NCBI RefSeq assembly: GCF_965263415.1
Contig: NZ_OZ253671.1
Location: 1,322,347 to 1,354,346, forward strand
Reading direction: 5' to 3'
Length of the DNA: 32,000 bases
Source: Nitrosopumilus sp.
GTDB taxonomy: Archaea > Thermoproteota > Nitrososphaeria > Nitrososphaerales > Nitrosopumilaceae
Shown here: positions 23,602-30,000 of the stretch, piece after piece
Layout of the letters: each line of letters starts with the position of its first letter
Position numbering within the stretch: the stretch's first letter is position 1
The notes under the pieces: model-generated
Databases searched by the model: none
Told to the model about the DNA's origin: nothing
What the model saw: the letters and a program-made list of their open reading frames with translations, nothing else
Translations under genes and position numbers: made by a program

Positions 23602-23778
23602 CTAAGAAGGGATTACTGGAATTTTCTTTTTGACATACCTGCCCAATGTCTCAGGAGAGTATTCTATTCCATGTTCTTTTGCCATATGATTCCAATATGC
23701 AAAAACAACCTGCTCCATTTCACCCTCTACAAAATAATCACAGTCAAAACCACATTCGTCGCATCTAACATGGACCAT
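23602..23778 (-). CDS. DUF1059 small metal-binding-type protein (58 aa); below the ORF-track cutoff
   Basis: Hand-translated as MVHVRCDECGFDCDYFVEGEMEQVVFAYWNHMAKEHGIEYSPETLGRYVKKKIPVIPS*. It matches the DUF1059 pattern (..C.d.G.dCdf...geteeev......H....Hg). The antisense 84-aa ORF 23575-23829 is Phe/Cys/Leu-rich junk. Confidence 0.7.
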   Translation of the reverse strand: MVHVRCDECGFDCDYFVEGEMEQVVFAYWNHMAKEHGIEYSPETLGRYVKKKIPVIPS

Positions 23779-23861
23779 AAAAAATTATCAAAATTGGGAA
23801 ATAAAAGCAAGGGCAGTAAAAATCTGTAAATTTGTTTAAAATTTAGAAGGTTTTTGGATAA

Positions 23862-24134
23862 TTGTTAGTAAGAAAAAATCTAGAACATCAAATACATATT
23901 TTACAAAAATCTAACCACTTTGTGGATGTAAAAGAAGAAGACAAATCAGAAGAATCAAAAAGAAATCATATCAAATACTATAGATCACTAACAAAAACAA
24001 TTTCTAATATCAAAGAGGAAGAAAAACAAGAACAAGATCCGGTTATCAAGAACCATCTTGAAAAAAGAATAGATGCTATGGAAAAAGACAAGATACGAAT
24101 TAAAGAAATGTTTCCAGATATAGAAGATGAGTAA
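23862..24134 (+). CDS. Small coiled-coil protein of the KTISN...MFPD family
   Basis: 90 aa with a TTG start. It shares the LTKTISN and RIKEMFPD blocks with 18279-18464. Confidence 0.6.
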   Translation: MLVRKNLEHQIHILQKSNHFVDVKEEDKSEESKRNHIKYYRSLTKTISNIKEEEKQEQDPVIKNHLEKRIDAMEKDKIRIKEMFPDIEDE

Positions 24135-24136
24135 AA

Positions 24137-24343
24137 ATGCCAACGCCTACAGAAGAAAACCACAACAAACATTTGGATTTGTTACATGATTACAAAATTC
24201 ACCTCGTAAAATACATTCAAGAATTAGAGAAATTAGACCAGAAATCAGAATTTGCAAAAAAATGGAATGAAACAACAATTAAAGAAAGAAAGAAAGAACT
24301 CAAAGTCATAGACAAGATATTAAAAAATTTAATCAGATTCTGA
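24137..24343 (+). CDS. Small coiled-coil hypothetical protein (68 aa)
   Basis: The ATG lies 2 nt after the previous stop. Charged heptad-like sequence, apparently co-transcribed with 23862-24134. Confidence 0.55.
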   Translation: MPTPTEENHNKHLDLLHDYKIHLVKYIQELEKLDQKSEFAKKWNETTIKERKKELKVIDKILKNLIRF

Positions 24344-24685
24344 ATTCTGAGTCAAATCATAAAGTAAATTACAAAAAGAATCAAGATTTTTTGGAGATAC
24401 TCCGTCAAACCACGCAAGTTCAGAAGTAATACTAAATCCTTGTAATTCATGCTTTGAATTTGATTTTAGAAAGTCATTTTCATTGTGAACCATTTTTTCT
24501 AATTGTTTTTCATCATGTTTTGAGAATTTGTAATTACAAGGCATCAAATCTATTTGTACAAAATAATTTCCATGATGAGGATTAATTTTTGCCTTAATGA
24601 ATGGTTTATCAAACTGTTGACAATTTCTATAATGTTTGTCATATTCAAACATCTTTGAGTCACCAAGATATTTTTGAAAAGTCAT
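24329..24685 (-). CDS. Hypothetical protein (118 aa)
   Basis: ATG ORF, 29 nt downstream of the 24715-25092 gene on the same strand. No recognised family. Confidence 0.6.
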   Translation of the reverse strand: MTFQKYLGDSKMFEYDKHYRNCQQFDKPFIKAKINPHHGNYFVQIDLMPCNYKFSKHDEKQLEKMVHNENDFLKSNSKHELQGFSITSELAWFDGVSPKNLDSFCNLLYDLTQNSESD

Positions 24686-24714
24686 TAGGATAAAAAATCC
24701 AAGTTTGAATCGAT

Positions 24715-25092
24715 TTAAAGACCTATAGTGAGTTTTTTAATTTTTGTAATTAATCTAATTTTGGTGTTAATTGGCATCTCAGGTTCCATTGTAAAGTAGA
24801 TAATGTTTCTTTTTGCATAAACTACCATTTGAGATACTTTTTCTCTTTCAACATGGACATATCTGACTTTACCTAATGATCTATCAAATTCCTTTCTCAT
24901 AGAACGTCTTTGAGCAACTTGTTTGCAGAAATGCTCTTCTTCTTTTTGAGATTTAAGATTTGTTTTTCCTGTTTTCATAATTGCTTCTCGGATGTTTCCT
25001 TTAGAGTCAATTATGGCTGCAAATCTCATTTTAGAATCTAAATTAATGATTTTTTGAACAATTTCAAGCAGATCGACTTTCTTTGCTGCCAT
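24715..25092 (-). CDS. Hypothetical protein (125 aa); weak resemblance to a Roadblock/LC7-like fold
   Basis: Start moved to MAAKKVDLLEIV (25092). The 114-codon N-terminal extension in the ORF track is hydrophobic junk antisense to the methyltransferase gene. RFAAIIDSKGNI is reminiscent of Roadblock proteins, a low-confidence similarity. Confidence 0.6.
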   Translation of the reverse strand: MAAKKVDLLEIVQKIINLDSKMRFAAIIDSKGNIREAIMKTGKTNLKSQKEEEHFCKQVAQRRSMRKEFDRSLGKVRYVHVEREKVSQMVVYAKRNIIYFTMEPEMPINTKIRLITKIKKLTIGL

Positions 25093-25186
25093 ATATACAA
25101 GAAAAATTAGGGGCAAATATAATCTAATAAAAACAATGTAAGATCTTAGAATACTAATACATGAATGGGTATCATGAATACATAAA

Positions 25187-25804
25187 ATGTTTAAAGAAAT
25201 TTTTGAGATTCTAGAAAAATTAGAAAAACAATCATCATTAGAAAAATCAAGACAGATCACTGTTCCATCTGATGAAAGAATGTTGGCAATAACAAAAGAA
25301 ACAGGCGAATTACTCAATATGATAATACGCCTAAAAAATGCAAAAAATATGCTTGAAGTTGGAATGTCAGTTGGATATTCCACAATATGGTGTGCTGAAG
25401 CAATTAGCGAGAATGGGGGCAAAATAATCACCATAGAACAAAATCAAAAAAAGATCAAAAGAGCAAAAGAGAATTTTCAGGATGCAAACGTTTCAGAACA
25501 CATAACAATTCAAGAAGGATTAGCAATGCAAATTTTACGAGATTTTAGTTTGAAAGAAGAATACAAAGAGTATTTTGATTTTGTGTTAATTGATGCAGAT
25601 AAAGAAAATGTTATTGAATATTTTGATATGATACTACCCATGGTATCATTAGGAGGAGTAATTATTACCGACAACATGTTGTATCCCGAAAAATATAGAG
25701 AAGATATGAAAAAATACTCATCACACATACAAGCAAATCAAAAAGTTAGAACTATAACTTCACCAATAGGAAATGGGGAAGAAATTACAATAAAATTAAG
25801 ATGA
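25187..25804 (+). CDS. SAM-dependent O-methyltransferase, family 3 (caffeoyl-CoA OMT-like)
   Basis: LEVGMSVGYSTIW (SAM motif I), FDFVLIDADKEN and GGVIITDN are typical class I family-3 OMT motifs. Confidence 0.85.
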   Translation: MFKEIFEILEKLEKQSSLEKSRQITVPSDERMLAITKETGELLNMIIRLKNAKNMLEVGMSVGYSTIWCAEAISENGGKIITIEQNQKKIKRAKENFQDANVSEHITIQEGLAMQILRDFSLKEEYKEYFDFVLIDADKENVIEYFDMILPMVSLGGVIITDNMLYPEKYREDMKKYSSHIQANQKVRTITSPIGNGEEITIKLR

Positions 25805-27310
25805 TTTTTTCTTTGCAGGGGTTTTTGCAGTCTTAGTTGCTGCTGCTTTTTTTATAGTTTTTTTAATAGATTTTTTGGCAGAAGTCTTTTTTGTACTCAA
25901 AGACTTGAGTTTTTTGTCTTTTTCAGAGATCTGTTTTTTTAGTTTCTGTTGTTTTTCTTTTAATTTTTGATTCTTTAGTTTGATTTGTTGTTCTGTTTTT
26001 TCACGTTTCTTTTTGAGTGATTCATAAACTTTTTCTTCTTTTTTGAGTTGTTTTGCTAAGTTTCCTTGAGATTTTAATCGTTCTTTTTCTTCTTTTGTCT
26101 TTTTGGTGATTGCTTCTTTTTCTTTAGAGATTGTGTTTATCAAAGTAAGGCGTTCTTCTTTTGCTTTTATCAAATCTACTTCTTGTGATTTTATCAGATT
26201 CTTGAGTTTTTCAGATTCTGCAAATTTTGCCTTTTCTTCATTTACTTGTGAAACGATAAACTCATAGTCTTTCTTAGTTTTTTCCAAGTCACTTTGTTTT
26301 GATTTAATTTCATTTGCAATAGAGGCTTGTTCAAGTAAGCGTGATTTTTGTTCTTCAATCATCTTTGTAAGTAAGGTTTGCTCAGTTTCAACTTGTTTTT
26401 CTATTTTCTCTTGTTCCAATTGTGCTTGAATTAGTTGACGTTTTTGTTGTGCAAGTTCTTTTGAAATTTTTGTTTTTTCTGAATCAATATTTTTAATAAT
26501 GTTAGATCGTTCTTTTTTTACTTTGGCCAATTCTTCTTTCTGAGTAATAATTTCTTCAGAAAGTTTTGTTTGAAATTTAATTTTTAGACGCTCTTCTTGA
26601 ATTTGTGCTTCAAGTGTTGCTTTTTCTTGAGTCACTTTTTGCTCATATTCTTTTCGATGAGATACTAGTTGTGTTAATTTTGAACGATGTGAATCAATTT
26701 CACTTGAAATCAATTTTTGTTTTTGAATCTCTTCTTCTTCTTTTTGAATATCTTTAGAAATTTTTTCAATCTCTGCAGAATCAAGGGATGTATTCCAGCC
26801 TTTTGGCATGCTTCCTCTAGATATCGGTTTTGGTTCAGGGGCAGGTTTTATTTCTGGTTGAGGTTCTGGAGGAGGCGTATTTTCTAAAGATTTTGGTTCA
26901 GAAATTGTTGCATACTCTATAGATTTTGGAGTAATGGATTCGTTTAGTTTTGATTCCAAATATGCAGCATCAGAATGATACAGAGTTTTGTTATTTGAAA
27001 TCATATCAAAGATATGTTGCAGTCTTCCTGGATCACCATTTCCAGAATTGATTAGTTCTTGTATTTTTGGCAAAACATCACTGCCAGTAACAGGTTCTGA
27101 CTCATCTTCAAGACTAAAAGAAGATTCTAGTTTTTGCTCAAGATAATTTTGGTCTGAATGATACAGTGGGCGATTATTTTTTAAACATTCTAAGATATGA
27201 TACAGTCTTCCTGGATCACCATTTCCAGAATCAATTAGAGATTGTACATTTTCGATTGTTTGTGAAAGAGTCAATTGCGACATATCCCAGACCTTGGTTA
27301 ATTTTCTCAT
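25796..27310 (-). CDS. Large coiled-coil protein with duplicated N-terminal GNGDPGRL modules, Pro-rich linker and Lys-rich basic tail
   Basis: 504 aa. There are two ~45-aa modules (LIDSGNGDPGRLYHI...LYHSDQNYLEQKL and LINSGNGDPGRLQHI...LYHSDAAYLESKL), then PPPEPQPEIKPAPEPKP, about 300 aa of K/E/Q heptad-like sequence, and the tail KKTSAKKSIKKTIKKAAATKTAKTPAKKKSS. Confidence 0.8.
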   Translation of the reverse strand: MRKLTKVWDMSQLTLSQTIENVQSLIDSGNGDPGRLYHILECLKNNRPLYHSDQNYLEQKLESSFSLEDESEPVTGSDVLPKIQELINSGNGDPGRLQHIFDMISNNKTLYHSDAAYLESKLNESITPKSIEYATISEPKSLENTPPPEPQPEIKPAPEPKPISRGSMPKGWNTSLDSAEIEKISKDIQKEEEEIQKQKLISSEIDSHRSKLTQLVSHRKEYEQKVTQEKATLEAQIQEERLKIKFQTKLSEEIITQKEELAKVKKERSNIIKNIDSEKTKISKELAQQKRQLIQAQLEQEKIEKQVETEQTLLTKMIEEQKSRLLEQASIANEIKSKQSDLEKTKKDYEFIVSQVNEEKAKFAESEKLKNLIKSQEVDLIKAKEERLTLINTISKEKEAITKKTKEEKERLKSQGNLAKQLKKEEKVYESLKKKREKTEQQIKLKNQKLKEKQQKLKKQISEKDKKLKSLSTKKTSAKKSIKKTIKKAAATKTAKTPAKKKSS

Positions 27311-27395
27311 AGTCTAGTAAAAATAACTTTTTAAAAAAAATTCACCCACGCATAAATTTTAGGTGATTTATTAATTAGAAATTCTACGCTAAATT

Positions 27396-27626
27396 ATGAA
27401 AGCTGGAATCCTGATGTTCATCATAGGAGGAACGATGTTTTTAGTAGGATTAGTTATGTTTTATTCAATAGAGTTAGATCCAACTGAGCCCATATGGAAT
27501 CATATCAAAAATATGGGCACATTTGTAGGTCTTAGTGGGATTGGAGTGACAGTAGCAGGAATCTTACTATATCTTATTAGTAGAAATCAACCACCGATTC
27601 AAGAAAATTTCGAGTATAAAGAATAA
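27396..27626 (+). CDS. Small two-TM membrane protein
   Basis: 76 aa with two clear hydrophobic helices (ILMFIIGGTMFLVGLVMFY; FVGLSGIGVTVAGILLYLI). Confidence 0.65.
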   Translation: MKAGILMFIIGGTMFLVGLVMFYSIELDPTEPIWNHIKNMGTFVGLSGIGVTVAGILLYLISRNQPPIQENFEYKE

Positions 27627-27702
27627 TTTTCAAATATGAAAAATAATTCAAAAACAATCTGTAAGATAACTAAATTATACTACGTCAATTATGATTTTGT
27701 AA

Positions 27703-28128
27703 ATGACTGAAAAAATATGGTTAGGAGCAATTTTTCTAAAAGATGAAGGCGGGTATGAAATTGTATTAAAATCACTAGAGCATTATCGAAAAAGATTGAG
27801 AACAATTGCACAAAGTCCAGAATTAAAAGATTCAGCTGCAATGTTTGCATCAGTTTTGAATCAACAAGCAATGAAAACAGTTCCAAAAATTGATGAAGTA
27901 GTTGAAAAAATCAAAAACAGTATTAACGATATACAAGCAGTGCGAAGTCTTAGTGATGAAATTCCGTTCTTTGAAAAAGCACTAATGTGTTATGAATCAG
28001 ATATTGACAAAGCACAAAACACAGGACACGAATATTTTGTAAATCTGGTGGGAGATTTGGCAGTGGCAAAAAATGATGTCGAAATCATAAAAACGGCATT
28101 AAAGAAAATAAAAGAATTCTCAGAATAA
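27703..28128 (+). CDS. Hypothetical protein (141 aa)
   Basis: ATG ORF with helical-looking, balanced composition. Preferred over the antisense ORF 27689-27886. Confidence 0.65.
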   Translation: MTEKIWLGAIFLKDEGGYEIVLKSLEHYRKRLRTIAQSPELKDSAAMFASVLNQQAMKTVPKIDEVVEKIKNSINDIQAVRSLSDEIPFFEKALMCYESDIDKAQNTGHEYFVNLVGDLAVAKNDVEIIKTALKKIKEFSE

Positions 28129-28131
28129 ACT

Positions 28132-28368
28132 CTATAATCCTTGCAAATACCAATCCAGGTATGGAGTTAATGCTTTGCATTGTTTCTTTTTTTCAGATTC
28201 ATCTCCAATATCTACAATTTTCTGAATTTTTCCAGCAAGATATTCAGATGTCAAATTACTCTGAAACTGAGGCTGAATTTGCTTTAAAACATCAATGATT
28301 TCATTTGAAGATGCGTTATCAAAGTTTTCTAAGATTTTAGAAACTTGTTCGTTCAAAGACATAGACAT
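28132..28368 (-). CDS. Hypothetical protein (78 aa)
   Basis: ATG ORF, last gene of a three-gene minus-strand string (29249 to 28132). Confidence 0.55.
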   Translation of the reverse strand: MSMSLNEQVSKILENFDNASSNEIIDVLKQIQPQFQSNLTSEYLAGKIQKIVDIGDESEKKKQCKALTPYLDWYLQGL

Positions 28369-28396
28369 AATTTAAACAAAGCCCATTATAATTTTT

Positions 28397-28627
28397 CTAG
28401 TCTAAAATATCTTCATCATCCCAAGTTAATCGGAATCTTCCAGTAACCCGGAGCATGTGAATTTTTCCACCTTTTTTGAAATGAAGTTTGTAAAATTTAT
28501 GAGATGCGTCATCGATTTCTAAAGTAATATTTTCTTTTTTAGTCTGAAATATTATAGGATCATTTGAGATTTGATTCCAATCATCATCATCAAAATCCAT
28601 ATAGAATTTTGTGTATAGCAATCCCAT
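28397..28627 (-). CDS. Hypothetical acidic protein (about 67-76 aa)
   Basis: The ORF track starts at 28699, overlapping the upstream gene. Internal Met codons at 28627 (MGLLY) or 28600 (MDFDDDDW) are more plausible starts. Confidence 0.5.
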   Translation of the reverse strand: MGLLYTKFYMDFDDDDWNQISNDPIIFQTKKENITLEIDDASHKFYKLHFKKGGKIHMLRVTGRFRLTWDDEDILD

Positions 28628-28670
28628 GAAATAGTCTAAAATGAACCTGAATAAATAACTAAAGAATATA

Positions 28671-29249
28671 CTATTTATCTGATGAATTTTTTGGCACAAT
28701 AATTCCCAGAAAACTAATGATTGTAGGAATCAATAATTCAGAATATTTGTCATTTTGAATTATTTCATAAACTTGAAAAATTAATTGTTGAATTGTCAAA
28801 TGTTCATCTCGATACAGTGTTTTCTTTGGGTTTTTGATAGAATCTAAAATTGTAAAGCCATTATCAGTTTGCAATAATCGTCTCAAAAGAGAATTTGAAG
28901 TGTTTATCTTTTCATCAACATCCTTATGAGGAAAATCTGTCTCTAATCGTTTGATTTGAATTTTTAGATCATGAAAAGAGTTGTTTGTAGTTTGTTCAAT
29001 ATGTTGCGCTGCTTTGTGAGTATAATTTTCAGTGATATGATAAAATTTCATATTACTTTTAGAATGAACAAAAATGATCTCTTTTTCAATAAGAGAATCA
29101 CGGGTTTTCTCAAAAGTTGTTTTTGCCATAAATTTTGGAACGACTAATTTTAGTAGAGCGTTATGATGTAATTCTGGGTTTTTCTGAATATGTTCTAAAA
29201 TTATTCTTTCACGCTCATGCATCATTAAGACAGGCTCAGATTGACTCAT
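28671..29249 (-). CDS. Winged-helix (wHTH) N-terminal domain protein; paralog of 22573-23139
   Basis: RERIILEHIQKNPELHHNALLKLV...TFEKTRDSLIEKEIIFV is wHTH-like. The C-terminal helical region is collinear with the 188-aa paralog (for example LKIQIKRLETDF versus LHSEVKTIFEEIENF). Confidence 0.7.
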   Translation of the reverse strand: MSQSEPVLMMHERERIILEHIQKNPELHHNALLKLVVPKFMAKTTFEKTRDSLIEKEIIFVHSKSNMKFYHITENYTHKAAQHIEQTTNNSFHDLKIQIKRLETDFPHKDVDEKINTSNSLLRRLLQTDNGFTILDSIKNPKKTLYRDEHLTIQQLIFQVYEIIQNDKYSELLIPTIISFLGIIVPKNSSDK

Positions 29250-29411
29250 TTTATCTAGGTCAACCTATTATTAGCAGGTCAGCTATTAAAAAATTGTGAT
29301 GAAAAAAATTAATTTAAATCAAGAAAGTTTGAAAAGAGAATTAAAGTTAATTTTTACTCTGAAACTGAAAAAGTTACCTCACTTTTAATATCAAAATAAA
29401 CATTAATTCAT

Positions 29412-29924
29412 ATGCAAAAGATATTTTCAATTTTTCTGTTTATTGGTATTTTTTTTATTCAAATGGTTCCAGAGGCAGTATCTGAATCCGATGAATATTT
29501 AGAGCTACAAAAAATCTATAACGAACAAAGATGGAATCTTGAAAAAGAATTCAAGGTAAAATTTACAGATTCCAGTGACAAATTCCAAAAAGATAAACAA
29601 GCAGTGTATGACAAACAAAAATCAGATCCTACATTAACTACACAACAAATTAATCAAATGTTACAAAATGTATTTACAGGTTTTGTAGAACGTCAAGATG
29701 ATATCAAGACAGAATATGAAACAGAAGTAAATGCATTGAATCAAATGTTTGAGATAAAATTTGAACAGTTTGGAAACTCGATGCCTTTATGGGTTGAAAA
29801 GGTAATGGAACTCTGGAGTAATGGACAAATCTCTGACTCGGAATTTGTCAATTTTTTGTCCTATGTAATTAACAATGACATTATCAAACTGGAGCAATGG
29901 GTGTTTTCAAAATATAACGATTAG
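29412..29924 (+). CDS. Secreted hypothetical protein
   Basis: 170 aa. Signal-like N-terminus IFSIFLFIGIFFIQMVPEAVS followed by a helical, charged sequence. Confidence 0.65.
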   Translation: MQKIFSIFLFIGIFFIQMVPEAVSESDEYLELQKIYNEQRWNLEKEFKVKFTDSSDKFQKDKQAVYDKQKSDPTLTTQQINQMLQNVFTGFVERQDDIKTEYETEVNALNQMFEIKFEQFGNSMPLWVEKVMELWSNGQISDSEFVNFLSYVINNDIIKLEQWVFSKYND

Positions 29925-30000
29925 TTATACCAAATAATCTATTCTGAAAAACTTTCTAGTGTACCGTCTAAAATCATTCCCAAAAGGGGGCATTCTATTT

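Noticed and set aside
23575-23829. 84-aa plus-strand ORF listed in the track.
   Set aside because: It is antisense to a clean DUF1059-like ORF. Its own product (FFCHMIPICKNNLLHF...) looks like antisense junk.
25093-25434. 114-codon N-terminal extension of ORF 24715-25434, which would create a 239-aa protein overlapping the methyltransferase gene on the opposite strand.
   Set aside because: The extension is hydrophobic and low-complexity, and it is antisense to a well-supported OMT gene. The internal Met (MAAKK, 25092) gives a compact protein with a proper divergent promoter gap.
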